Source: Cyanidioschyzon merolae (Eukaryota). Taken from it: a DNA stretch of 64,000 nt. The DNA is taken from assembly GCA_000091205.1 (NCBI GenBank), contig AP006502.2; one strand, 5' to 3'. Made by a program: the position numbers and the translations under genes. Below, piece after piece: positions 34,205 through 45,378 of the stretch (the first letter of the stretch is position 1; every line of letters begins with the position of its first letter). Under the pieces are notes generated by a model. It made no database searches. It worked only from the letters and a program-made list of their open reading frames with translations, and was not told where the DNA came from.

Positions 34205-36595
34205 TTGTTTCGACTTGGCCGTACTGCCTTTTCGACTGTTCTTCTGCACAGACGCGGTCGTTTGGGGCAAGATCCGTTCGTGCTCGGCTCTATGGTTGTA
34301 AGGTGTCAGCGGTACTGCGGTCGAGGCCACGCTCAAGCGTCATGTTTCGTGAGTGTCCTTGCCCGCCTTGAGCAGACACAGTTGCGACACTTTTGCCGGG
34401 CTGGTACCTTTTCTACACGTCGAGTTTGTCCCGCAGTGCATCAGAAACCGTTAATCGTTTGCTCTGGTGACGAGCGCAGGGACCCGCCGCACAGTTTGCC
34501 CAAGACTGACGGTGAGAGGAACAAGAGAACCAGTCGTTTCACCGAGGAGGAGCTACGGCGACTGTCGCAACTGGTCCAGGCAGAGCTCTTTCGCGATGAA
34601 CAGAAGCCTTTGGATGTTCTAGCGGATGCAGACTTGGCGGGGAATGCGTCTTCTGGGGCTCACGCGACGCCGGTTCGGGTGAACGTTGACCTGGGGCTCT
34701 ACAGGGCTCGCCGCGCGGCACAACGTGGCCGCTTTGACCTTGCTCGTGCTTTGTATTTGCGTTGTTTGGAGTGGGACGTAAGCGAAGGCCGCGCTTGGCT
34801 CGGACTCGCCCGCCTTGCAGAACGTGCCAATAACTTCGCTCTTGCACGTAGGCTCTTCCAATACGGGGTGCGGTTCGCAGCGACAACGGTGACGGCGACA
34901 ACTCCGGGAACTGGTACCAGCCAGGACGCAACTGTATCGGAAAGGGCGACGTCGTCGACTGAGGAGGAATCGCGCCCTGCTTCTAGGGAGACTGCGAACG
35001 CGCGCAGGCCAAGGCGTGCACGCGTAGCACCGACGTTGAACGGATCACCATCCGTCAATATTCATCTCCTACAGGCCTGGGCGGTTATGGAGGAGTCCGC
35101 GGGCAACGTGGATCGGGCGAGAAAGCTCCTTCGTTCGGCGCTTCGGGCGGCACCACATCACGTCGCATCGCTGGTGGCTTTCGCCATGCTCGAACATCGC
35201 CAAGGAAACGATGAAGCCGCGTTGCTCTATGTCTCAGAAGCGAACAAAGTCGATCCTGAGAACTACTATGCTTTGCATGTACGGGGCCTCATTGAATGGC
35301 GGGCTTTCCGTCGGTACGAAGTTGCCCGTCGTGCTTTTGAAAAGAGCCTCGCACTTAATCCCTCCAATTCCGTGACGTACCATGCCTATGCTTGTATGGA
35401 GGCCTGGGCCCTGGGCAACGTCCAGCGCGCACGCGAGCTCTTTGATACTGCTTTGAAGAAGGGGAATCCACGGAATCGTTTCATCCTGCAGAGCTGGGCG
35501 CTTTTAGAGGCCGAGAAAGCTGATGATCTGCAGGCAGCTCGAGCGCTGTTCGCAAAGGGCACGCAGGCGCACCCACGAGATGCAGCGATCTGGCAATCCT
35601 GGGCACTCGTCGAAGCCCGGAGAGCTAAAGACGTGGAGAAAGCTCGAAAACTGTTCGCTGCTGCGCTGCACGCAGACCCACAGCATTTGGCAGCGTGGCA
35701 GGCGTGGGCCATGCTAGAAGCCGACGCATCCCGCGGTGGCAGCGGCATCGAGGAGGCCCGGAAGCTCTTCCAGAGAGCAGTGTGGGCAGCACCGGATTCG
35801 CCCGATATCGGTCGTGTCTGGCATGCCTGGGCAACAGCGGAGTTCACCTACGCTCGAGATCTGGAAAGGGCCCGGCGCTGTTGCCAACTGGGCCTCGAAG
35901 CCGAGGAACGAATCCGCGATCCGGCCAATACCAGTGACGTTGACGGAAGAGCAGTATGGAGCCCGTTTGGTGTTTCGCCAGGACAATCCGGCTCGGGGAC
36001 CAGCGTCCAGAATTTTATGGTCGAGACTGAGGGTATCCAGGATTTACCGCTGATTGCAGCTGGTTCCTCGTATTTGCGAAGACAGCGATTGCGGGGACGT
36101 GGCGGTTCTTTGCGGAAGCGCTCGCAAACACGCTGCCGCCACGGTGCATTGCCGATGCTATACACACTCCTGGGTCAGATTGAGGCGCTGTGCGAGAACA
36201 TTGCAGCCGCGCGTAGATGCTTTGAAAAAGCTGTGGAAATGGATCCTGGCAATTCCGATATCTGGGAAGCGTACGAGAACATGGAGAGGGATCACGGCGG
36301 CGGTGCCGTTGCAGCGCAAGCTGTAAGTCAACGCGCCCTCATCGCCACGAGTGCTCTGGAGAGGAGTCGAGCGCGGATCGCAGCCGCCAGGGCCACAGAC
36401 CTGAGCCAAGATGACAACACGAACAGGATGAATGAGCGCTCCACAGACCCCGCTCTTTCCGTGAACGAGCTGCCGATCCAGCTCACTGAACCGCAACCGG
36501 GAGACTTTGCCTCAACTGGCACCTGGATTGAGTATCGGGAGCTGTTACGACTGAGTCACTCGGAGGTGACACGACGGCTCCGCCAAGGCCCGTAG
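34205..36595 (+). CDS. HAT/TPR (half-a-TPR) repeat protein, RNA-processing type (HCF107/Mbb1- or crooked-neck-like), possibly organelle-targeted.
   Basis: Repeated WxxWAxxEA/LE...ARxLF units, e.g. WQSWALVEARRAKDVEKARKLFAAAL, LQSWALLEAEKADDLQAARALFAKG, WQAWAMLEA; Arg/Ser-rich presequence-like N-terminus. Confidence 0.7.
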   Translation: MFRLGRTAFSTVLLHRRGRLGQDPFVLGSMVVRCQRYCGRGHAQASCFVSVLARLEQTQLRHFCRAGTFSTRRVCPAVHQKPLIVCSGDERRDPPHSLPKTDGERNKRTSRFTEEELRRLSQLVQAELFRDEQKPLDVLADADLAGNASSGAHATPVRVNVDLGLYRARRAAQRGRFDLARALYLRCLEWDVSEGRAWLGLARLAERANNFALARRLFQYGVRFAATTVTATTPGTGTSQDATVSERATSSTEEESRPASRETANARRPRRARVAPTLNGSPSVNIHLLQAWAVMEESAGNVDRARKLLRSALRAAPHHVASLVAFAMLEHRQGNDEAALLYVSEANKVDPENYYALHVRGLIEWRAFRRYEVARRAFEKSLALNPSNSVTYHAYACMEAWALGNVQRARELFDTALKKGNPRNRFILQSWALLEAEKADDLQAARALFAKGTQAHPRDAAIWQSWALVEARRAKDVEKARKLFAAALHADPQHLAAWQAWAMLEADASRGGSGIEEARKLFQRAVWAAPDSPDIGRVWHAWATAEFTYARDLERARRCCQLGLEAEERIRDPANTSDVDGRAVWSPFGVSPGQSGSGTSVQNFMVETEGIQDLPLIAAGSSYLRRQRLRGRGGSLRKRSQTRCRHGALPMLYTLLGQIEALCENIAAARRCFEKAVEMDPGNSDIWEAYENMERDHGGGAVAAQAVSQRALIATSALERSRARIAAARATDLSQDDNTNRMNERSTDPALSVNELPIQLTEPQPGDFASTGTWIEYRELLRLSHSEVTRRLRQGP

Positions 36596-37399
36596 AGCGA
36601 CCAGATGCGACTGTATTAGGTGGCTGTTTACAGAGCGGGCCTCTGCGAGGTTTCGGTCAGGCAGGGTGATCCGTCGTGCACGGAGGCGTTGTGACAAACC
36701 TCAGTGCTTTCGAAGCATGGACTGCGCCACATGATGGTCGCGCTTTTCGAACAGCGCTTGGCGAGCTTGACGAAGCTCGTGCCCCCAGCGTCGCTTTGCT
36801 GCGTTTGACAATCAGGGCAATGCCTGGTACAATGGGGCATCGTTTGCATGTGGTTCGCATGAAAGTCGACGTTGCGACGGGGACGGCGAGACCCTCGCTG
36901 CGACGCCGGTGTCAGATAAACGTGGAACTCTGAACTGCTGGCCGTGTTCCTGCTTTGACATTTTTTGCGACTGTTTTCCATACGTTCAGTCTCAAGTTGC
37001 AAAGGGCAGCAATAAGGGCTTGAGGATCCAATCGTTGTCCCAGGATTCGCAGTTGTCCTGTCGGTGTGGCGCCTTCAAATATCTCCCGTTGGAATTCGTT
37101 ACTCTACGGTTATCAAGATAATTTGCGACGCCCCCGAAGAAGCGTTTCACAACACAACCAACATCACGCTCCAATGCTTACGTACAAGCCGCCGCTCTGC
37201 TCTTATCCTTATGAGAAACGTGATCAATTCATGCATGCTTCTTGCTCCCGATCTCATCATTTCAGGGTAACACTCGGGCGCAGCAATTCGCCCTGCCGGA
37301 TTGACAAGCGAAACCAGACGACCTTAAATGAGGACCTTTTCACCAGCTCATTCCGAGAGCTGGCTGAACGTGTCATGTCAACGAATCGATTTACTCCGA

Positions 37400-37700
37400 A
37401 AGACAAATCTGCCTGTCCATGTGTGTATCGACGAAATGGCATTCGACAAACTCATGTTACGTTGTAGGGAATATACTCGAAGAGACTCTCGTCTCCTCTG
37501 CTTGCATGAAAAAAAGACTTGGACTCGGACATGAGTCCTCGCAGCGAGCGCCTCACTTCTAGAGTGCGTCACAGCTTTGTACGCAGTAATCGTAGACGAA
37601 TCGAATTTTCACTGGTTGTTCTCCAGCCTGCGTTTCCCTTGCGGTACTTGTGCCATCATGGACAATGATGCCATCCACATTTCGACCATCGAATGGAGCA
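37400..37700. repeat. Diverged (~70%) third member of the dispersed repeat family, copy C, carrying the conserved GGACTCGGACATGAGTC motif and flanked by a (TG)n microsatellite at 37716-37731.
   Basis: catcgacgaaatggcattcgac... and ...ttggactcggacatgagtc...agagtgcgtc...cgtagacg blocks are shared with copy B (30990-31150). Confidence 0.6.
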
Positions 37701-39238
37701 GCGTGCACCTATGTGTGTGTGTGTGTTCGTGCATCGTACAGCGCGCTCGCCGAAACGCTCGCCCAGAAGAAACCCCTGATCGCAGGGTACAGGAAACCGC
37801 TTGGAAACGGAGGAGAGCATTGAGTGGTTCCTTCTGTATCGGCCAAGGGCATCTGTCGAGCGACGAAGCGAGCGTTCACGCTACCCAAAGCGGTTCTCCG
37901 AAAACGGAGTGTCATGGACGTTTGAGAATACCTCACCACAGCCAAGTGGCACCACTGTGAACTGCGCACTGAGCCTGTATACAAGGAGGATAGGAGTAGC
38001 GAGCGGAGCGCAGGTGCAGCTTCCGCCCTGGCGTGAAATACGAACAAGACGGCCAAAAGTGCCACGGCTGGACTTTATCGCCGCGATGAACTCCCGTCGA
38101 CGGCTGACAATGAACCCGGAGAGAATTGTACGGCCGACGGTTGCAACGCAGGATACAACAGGTCACAAAAGGAAGCATGCACATAAAAATACCGCCATGG
38201 CTGCTGTGCGCAGCAACGAAAAAAGACCCAAACTTTCCACGCGAGCTCGCTGCCCGGTCCCATTTTGTTCCTCGTACGGGTGTTGCGCGGCGCGTTCCGC
38301 ATGCAAGGCCGCCGTTCCTTCGAAGCAGATCGAGCGAAATCTGGTAGGCGGACAGCACATGTCGCGGGCCTCTGACGTGTCCCCGCTCTGATCCTGATGA
38401 GCGTTTCGCTCGATCGCCTCAGATGTTCCAATCGAATGTCGTGGCAGCCTACAGCGCGGCGATCGTGGCGCGCACGGCGAAACGTTTCGTCCACAAATAG
38501 AACCGTAGTTTCACCTGAATTATGTTCCACCACCAGACGCGTGTCCTCAAACGCTTTTCGCGGTTTATAACAGATACGTCTGAAGTGCGTTCATTTGATA
38601 CAATATAAAATCTGAAGGATCGTTATGGACATGGAAGACGGGGATTCTGGATGGTGGTTGTCATCGCCGAGTTCGACCAGGAAATCAAAAAAATCCTCTT
38701 CTCGCCGACTATCGAGTGACCAGGGGTATGTGATGAAGAAATTGGAGAGAAAGGCGAGAAAAGGTGCCTGCCCGACGTGACGATGACGGGACTTCCGTGA
38801 TTCAGAGGGCGCGAGTTCGACGACTGCGTCTAAAGGTGCGTTCTGGCAGTGACAGGGAACGCACAGAGTTCGTGCACCCAGACTTTAACGCAGCGATGAA
38901 TACCAGGTGATATGAGGTATTGCACACGCGACCCGACGAGCAGAGACGATCCACCAGCTTTGTCGGGCAGCCTTTCGGAGTCGAAGTGTGCAAGGAGAAG
39001 CTGAACCCGATACAGCACGGGGGCCCGTCGAGACAACCAGGAAGGCGTCTGCAGTTGCGAGTCATATCGACCCTCTGTGGTCGTGAAACGTTTTTCGTTT
39101 TATCGGACAGTGAGAACCGGACACGTGTCCGCGTGCGATCGCAAGCGACTGGCGTCGCATCGTTTTGCGATACGCTTGCCAGAATCTTTTCGAATTCTTG
39201 TTCTAAACGCGTGCATTATTGTGCGTTACAGGGATACA

Positions 39239-39595
39239 ATGGGAAAGTCAATAATCGCTTTCTGTTTCATGTTCATCGCACTCCTGGGCGGTGCAGTTGC
39301 GTTGCCTGTTCTCCGTCAAACGATGCTGGACGGTGGACCGAACCCTTTCGTGCCGTCCGGTGGCAGTAGCAGTACGGGAGGGAGCTCGAGCAGCGGCTCT
39401 GTCTATGGCGCTCCGACGGATAGCTCTGCAACGCGTGCACCCGTGACGTCGACTGAAACCACTATCCCCCGGGATACGGCGCCAACGCTGGTAGGTGGTC
39501 CCTTCGCCAGCGTCCTCCCGAGCCCGAGTATGATGCCCAGCCCCAGCATGATGGTGAGCCCAGGCGTGGGCACCGGGATGATGACAATCGGGTGA
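39239..39595 (+). CDS. Small secreted Ser/Thr/Pro/Gly-rich protein, mucin-like. Tentative.
   Basis: Signal-peptide-like MGKSIIAFCFMFIALLGGAVALP followed by a low-complexity S/T/G/P tract with SPSMMPSPSMMVSPG repeats. Confidence 0.3.
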   Translation: MGKSIIAFCFMFIALLGGAVALPVLRQTMLDGGPNPFVPSGGSSSTGGSSSSGSVYGAPTDSSATRAPVTSTETTIPRDTAPTLVGGPFASVLPSPSMMPSPSMMVSPGVGTGMMTIG

Positions 39596-40000
39596 ATGGG
39601 TATGCGCTTATGAGCAGGGTGGCGACTCGCTTGAATATTCGAAACAATGGATGGTCTGGGCGCCCGCATCACGGTTCCGTGTTCCTGTCGATTTCACGTG
39701 CTTTGGCCGGGAAAAGGTACGGTACTGGTGTTAGCGGGCGGGCGCAGGACGACCCACTCGTAGATGTTTATGGTTGATCGAGAGGCGTTCCGATCTTTGG
39801 ACAGTGTAATTATCTCTAGCACGCCCGTGGGGACTGCATTACGGAAAGAAACCATGGAACGAAGAGGTACCTTCCATGCCGAATCTGTTGTAAAATTCTT
39901 TCCAGGTTTTCTAACATCATCAAGAAGCAGCATTCGCCCCAGGCCCTCAACCTCGCATTCTTCAATCCTAAAACCACGCTGAAAACCCTGTCCTTTACGT

Positions 40001-41452
40001 TCAACTGCCCAGAGGTTGCGTTGATGCCGGCTGCGGTGTATAGTAGAGAACGGCGCGCTCGTTCCGCGGTTGCAACGGGCGCACGTTTGGTTGGCCCTGC
40101 TGCGCTGCCAGGATGCGATCCACAATTCGCTGCGGCAACGAGTCACGATGGGTCAACACAATCCACTTGATGTTCTCCGAGCAAGGCGGCATCGTCAGGC
40201 TGCCTCGGTAATAGAAGAAGCAGGGCCGTGCCTCAGGGTCCAGCTCCTCGGCGGCCAGCGCCATGCCTGACTCGATTTCTCCGGCTGGCGATCGTGATGC
40301 CAGTGATGCTGCAGTGTTTTCTCGCAAGAGCGTATCCGCAAAATTGAATTCCACGAAGCGTGTGGTTCTCAGTCTACCGGGCCGAGATGGTGCCGTTTGG
40401 CTGGTCGCTGTGCTCGATGGTGGTAGCGACGAGTTCGATGCATCGGCGACCAGAGACTCAGCGTGGACACTGGCACGCGTAGCGCCGGCGGCTGCTGAGG
40501 TGTAGGTCAGCGAGGTCTCGCCATTCGTTGCGCCTGCATCCTTCTGTGCCGGAGGCTGACCAGCTGGTGCTTCATCCAGCAGCGAGAGCAGCTCATCGAG
40601 CCAGCGTGGAACCGCTGTATCAGGCGCGCCTACTGCCGCTGCGCCCGCACCGCTTCCGCTGCTCGCTGGGTTCGCCTCGGGAACCGCACGCCAGATGCGA
40701 CCAATCACGGCAACATCGTTCTCATCCGCCACGTTCCGAAACACGGCATGCATTTCGAGGTCACCACGGAAACGTTCGATGACATGCTCGCTCTGAGGTG
40801 CATGGAAGTGAATGTTCACCAGGCGATACTGTTGCACTTGCGCGTCGCTGAGTTTGACTGGAGTCGGCGCCTCAGTTGCCACAACCGATGTGCCATCGCC
40901 ATCAGTCACCTTTGGGAGCTCTGGAGGGATCTCTCGTAATATCAAGGTCGCTGCTGGAAGCGGCGCTTCAAAGCCGGTGACCGGCGGTACATCACCGACA
41001 ATAGGCGGTGGTGGCGGAATATACTGCTCGAACATCGCCAACGGCGGTTGAACGCCCGGTGGAGACGGCTCGAGACGTTTCCACTGCGCAACATTACTCC
41101 GTATCTCGAACGGAGCGGCCGCAGCCGAGTATTCAAAACGCAATGCTTCTCGCTCCGAAAGTGCTATTGGCGACTGGAAACGTCCACAAGAGCACAGACG
41201 ATATGCGTCAGCGAGACTGCCCCATTGGGACGGCCCTCGCTCTGACCCGTAGTCCCAGCAGAGGTTCTGGTTGCCTGACGCAACCTTCGGGCTTTGCGTA
41301 TCAGGAGCCTGCGCTTGCGTGGATGTCTGCCTTTGTCCGGATCCCGCGAGGTTGCTCGTAACGTTCAGGGCACCAGCGGCTGGAGCAGGGCCGCCCTGTG
41401 CGTGCACGAGAACTGGTTGGCCTAGAAGAAGCGCCGCGGAAAGAAGCGCCAT
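40001..41452 (-). CDS. Alpha-type carbonic anhydrase, secreted, with large low-complexity insertions.
   Basis: Signal peptide MALLSAALLLGQPVLVHAQG. CA-alpha blocks WDYGSERGPSQWGSL, CSCGRFQSPIAL, NIHFHAPQSEH, EMHAVF, YYRGSLTMPPCSENIKWIVL. Start could alternatively be the ATG at 41521. Confidence 0.8.
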   Translation of the reverse strand: MALLSAALLLGQPVLVHAQGGPAPAAGALNVTSNLAGSGQRQTSTQAQAPDTQSPKVASGNQNLCWDYGSERGPSQWGSLADAYRLCSCGRFQSPIALSEREALRFEYSAAAAPFEIRSNVAQWKRLEPSPPGVQPPLAMFEQYIPPPPPIVGDVPPVTGFEAPLPAATLILREIPPELPKVTDGDGTSVVATEAPTPVKLSDAQVQQYRLVNIHFHAPQSEHVIERFRGDLEMHAVFRNVADENDVAVIGRIWRAVPEANPASSGSGAGAAAVGAPDTAVPRWLDELLSLLDEAPAGQPPAQKDAGATNGETSLTYTSAAAGATRASVHAESLVADASNSSLPPSSTATSQTAPSRPGRLRTTRFVEFNFADTLLRENTAASLASRSPAGEIESGMALAAEELDPEARPCFFYYRGSLTMPPCSENIKWIVLTHRDSLPQRIVDRILAAQQGQPNVRPLQPRNERAVLYYTPQPASTQPLGS

Positions 41453-42902
41453 GACCGCTCCTCGATCCCACGAAAGCGCTATTCGCAATAGCCTCTTGGA
41501 GCCGTTTCCAAAATTGGCCATTTTCAATGCCGAGAAAGAGCAGAGCTTGGAGTGTCGCCGCAGGTGCAGGTCACGCGTCAGCGCGCAACGCTGAAGTTTC
41601 GTGGAGAGAAACCGCTTTGAGTTTCGTCGGAAACAAGCTCTACACAACAAGAACCCCATAGATCAATATATCTTGACAGAGTCTCCGATCCTTGAGTTGA
41701 ATTAAGTTGAATTAAGCGTACGTTCGCGAAGTATCGTGTCTTAAAGCGCTGAACAACGGTTCAGGTAAACGCTTCGAATATCAGCGGACGCGAAGCACGT
41801 TAAGCGCTGCGCCCGGTGGCGGCTCTCGGGCACGCCCCTGGTGTCGATGCGGCTGCTCTTATGGGGTATCGTTTACCAGCGGTATGAGCATTTCAAACGC
41901 ACAGCTCTGCTGAATTTGTGTGCAAGCAGCGCAAGTGTAAGTACAGTAGGTTGTGAATGGTCAGGTCGAGTGCGAAGCTTAGAGTCGGGAGCACATACCT
42001 GTGCTGTTTTGATCGAAGAGGGTTCCGCGCAGGTGCGCACTCCCGCGACGCTGGAGCTCCACGACGTGGACGACCCGCAACCCGCGGTGTGTCTGTTCGT
42101 TGCAGTAACCAGCATAAACGCCTCTTGGGGTGTATGCGTTCCAGAAAAGAGGAAGGCTGGCTTTCCAGGAAGCCAGTACGAGCTACCTCAGCCACGTTGA
42201 GAGACTTCAAAGTTAGTATGGGAACTGCTTCAACCAGGTAAGTGTCCCCGGCTGACGTCCAGCTGACATGATCGGTTACAAGTACACGTTTTCCCGCATT
42301 CTACAGCAGCAAAAGTCTCTGGTGTACCTAGGAAACGCTGCTGTGGACACACGTGGGCGACCCGGTCGTCGAGGTCACTCCGATCTTGTATGCATATCGT
42401 GAACGCATCCAAGCGTTTTTATGGATGCATGCGCATACGAACGCTTGCACAGATGAACGCGCGTACATAGAGACCCATGTTTATTATGAGATACACAGTC
42501 GAGCGCACTCATCGATGAACGTACGCGCATATACATACATGGTGCCAGTGACCTGCACATATGCGTAGAGGCACGGCTGCCGCCTAGGTGAACGCGCGTA
42601 CGCCGTTGCGCTTCCTGTCCTGCCAGAAGCTCACGAACAGCTGCTGTCGCATCGTACCTTGCAGCAGCGCATGCGCCCTGCTTTGCCTCGTGCCGCATGC
42701 TCGCGGAGTATGCAGCGTTCTACCCAGTCGTACCTTTGACGGATTTCGTTGCGTGGCAGCAATGGAGCATGTCGCAGGCATCGACCGTACCGTACGGTTC
42801 GTTGCTGGCCTCGTGGCACAGAGCGCATTCACTACATCGAGGAGGCGTCGCATGCTTCGCGCTCCGTAGTTCACCTGTAAATGTATACAGCAGTTTTTGA
42901 AT

Positions 42903-43113
42903 GAGATTCGATTGAGGTCACTCCATCATACTGGTACTATTCAGGAAAATTCGATTTCTCTAATGAACATATACGCTGTTGCCTCTGTCGATACAGGGCC
43001 TCGATTCCATCGAGGTGACTCCACTACACTGGTGCAATTCAAGAACTTGTTCGATTTCCCTAACGAACATGTACGCACTTGCCTCCATCAATACAGGGCA
43101 TCGATCACATTGT
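42903..43113. repeat. Diverged tandem duplication, ~105-bp unit x2, ~75% identical, immediately 3' of the 746-aa gene.
   Basis: gattcgattgaggtcactccatcatactggt...atacagggcctc is followed by gattccatcgaggtgactccactacactggt...atacagggcatc. Confidence 0.7.
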
Positions 43114-43137
43114 TCCCTTGGTCGAGTCCCTTTGCGG

Positions 43138-45378
43138 TCACTGGAACAGCTCCGCCGCCTGTACCACGTCGGCAAGTACCAGCTGTGCAATTTCGATACT
43201 AGACATTGCTTCGCCACGAAAACAGGTCCGATGCCATTGACCACTCTGCTTCCATTTAACCACTATCCTGAAATCCGACACTGCACCTTCGCCGAGCCAG
43301 GACAGTTTGCGGTCGACTTGGGCTAGCCCCACCTGCATCGATGCGTTTGTCGGGCCACGAATGACGACGCTCTGGCTCTCAGATGATTGCGCTTCACGAC
43401 CAGATGTTTGAGGCGCTTCCTGAAAGACGTTGACAAAACGAATCAGATGGTTATCGGGGCACTCGAGGCCATGCGCGTTCGTTTCTTTGGGATCGTGCGT
43501 ACCCGTGAACCGGACTAGAAACTGAAGAACGGTTTCGTTGGTCCGTGCCTGTTCGAACAGGCTCTCGTACAAACTGTCCAAGGATGAAATACCATCGGGG
43601 CTATCCATAAAGTTCCGGGATGTCATAAAACGGTGAAATGACGAGACATTGGTGGCGTCTGTGGGATACGTCTCCGCGTGCCCAGGCGGGGGAAGAAAAG
43701 TTGCCGGTTCCTGTTCGAATAGAGAACGACATCCCACGAAGGGCGAGTCTCGCAGTCGGTGTTCTACGCAATCGAGGTCGCATCCCGTCATGCTCTGACG
43801 TGATTCATCGTAGAGAGGTTGTATACACACACGTGCATCACGGACCAGGTTCAGATCAGTGAAACCGAGAGCACGCGCGCAGACCATCGCTCGAGTGGCA
43901 CAGAGAATGCCGGAGAGCTCCTCGCGGCAGTCCCAGGTCTCGAGATGCCCAGCGGAGCGCGATTCCCGCACAGCAGCGGAAAACGAAAGGCCGCGTTCCA
44001 TTCGCTCAAGAACGTGCCCGATCCCCGGGCTCATGACGGCTTCGAAGCACACCAGGTTTGGCTTCATCTTCGACAAATACTTGAGAAACGCCAGCAATGG
44101 AATATCTGCACCAATGGCTGCATTACTGTGAACCGCGGGATGACGCAGAAGGAATCCGGAGGCTTGCACTGCAAACTGCCTGTTCAAGTTAGTGACTTGC
44201 GGATCTTGATCCGGATACAAGCGATTGATGCGCTCGAGCAGGCCCATTCCAGTCTCGTCAGCGGTTTGCTCTTCGTGTGGCGCCGCAAAGCAAACAGCGT
44301 TCGCTGAAACAATGCGCACTTTTGGATAGAATTGTCTGACCAAGGCAAGCAGCGCTCCCGCATGCGCTGCTTGACTCGTGTCCACGACAACTACGCCATC
44401 GAGACACGGCACCTGCGCAGCGCCGACTGCCGGTCGCACGTACGCAGGGCCAGATGATGAGAGCCTGCCAGTCGCAGCCGTTGACGCCAGCATCGATCGC
44501 AGCGCTGCCCACAAGCTTGTCGTATGCTCGTCTCCGGTATCGCGCGCTGATGTATATGTGAATTCCGCGCCTTCGTGCCAAAGCTTGTTGATGTCATGGA
44601 CAGTGGCAATAGGTTGCCAGTGAGTCGGACCGAAGGATATCCCCACAAGCTCTAGGACTATCCTTTCATCTTCGTAGAAGACGGCCGGCACCGCAGCTGT
44701 TTCGCAAACGTCGACCGCAGCAACTGAGCGGCCGCTTTGAGTGTCCCATGCTGCTTGTGCAGCCAATGTCTTCAGCATGAGACCGACAAACGCAGGTCCA
44801 ACAGTGCCTCCGGCAAGCAGGACAACGCCAACCTTTTTCTTCGCTCGTGCAGGCTCGAGCCACTGGTCTGCTTCGACTACTCTGGACAGATCGCAATCCT
44901 TCGGCGCCGCGCATATCGAGAGCGTCAAGTGGGCCAAGCGCTCGGCAAGGCTTTGCAGCAGGGCCCCGCGCTCAAAAAGCTGCTTTGCCGATGAAGCAAT
45001 CGAGCTAGAGCGCAAACCCTGCCCTACTTTGAAAGTTCGTTCCTTGGGTGGCTGTTCCAAGTCGCACGGCGTCGGTTGAACGCAGTCCTCGGCGAGCGCG
45101 CTAGGCGTTTGCGTCCGCTGCTCTTGGCTGATCCGTTGCGTCTCCAGTCCAGAACTGTCAGGAAGCGTTTCGAACCGTTCTCCCCGAGAACGAAAACGTG
45201 GCTCCTGAAGGTTTGGACCGGTCTGGACGCTCGTGAGAAGGCCCCGCAGTGTGTGGGATAGGAGGTCCGGGCCGCCTTCCAGCTGTTGCAGAAGTTTTTC
45301 GATCCCTTGACGAACTTCAGCGAGCCAGGACTCCAGATCAGGAGCAGACCCAGAGACCGAGGATGCATGGGCGTCCAT
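43138..45378 (-). CDS. Hypothetical conserved-looking protein, 746 aa, no confident family assignment.
   Basis: Long ORF with host composition; Gly-rich loop KKVGVVLLAGGTVGPAF and several Cys/His-containing blocks, but no motif I can name with confidence. Confidence 0.5.
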   Translation of the reverse strand: MDAHASSVSGSAPDLESWLAEVRQGIEKLLQQLEGGPDLLSHTLRGLLTSVQTGPNLQEPRFRSRGERFETLPDSSGLETQRISQEQRTQTPSALAEDCVQPTPCDLEQPPKERTFKVGQGLRSSSIASSAKQLFERGALLQSLAERLAHLTLSICAAPKDCDLSRVVEADQWLEPARAKKKVGVVLLAGGTVGPAFVGLMLKTLAAQAAWDTQSGRSVAAVDVCETAAVPAVFYEDERIVLELVGISFGPTHWQPIATVHDINKLWHEGAEFTYTSARDTGDEHTTSLWAALRSMLASTAATGRLSSSGPAYVRPAVGAAQVPCLDGVVVVDTSQAAHAGALLALVRQFYPKVRIVSANAVCFAAPHEEQTADETGMGLLERINRLYPDQDPQVTNLNRQFAVQASGFLLRHPAVHSNAAIGADIPLLAFLKYLSKMKPNLVCFEAVMSPGIGHVLERMERGLSFSAAVRESRSAGHLETWDCREELSGILCATRAMVCARALGFTDLNLVRDARVCIQPLYDESRQSMTGCDLDCVEHRLRDSPFVGCRSLFEQEPATFLPPPGHAETYPTDATNVSSFHRFMTSRNFMDSPDGISSLDSLYESLFEQARTNETVLQFLVRFTGTHDPKETNAHGLECPDNHLIRFVNVFQEAPQTSGREAQSSESQSVVIRGPTNASMQVGLAQVDRKLSWLGEGAVSDFRIVVKWKQSGQWHRTCFRGEAMSSIEIAQLVLADVVQAAELFQ

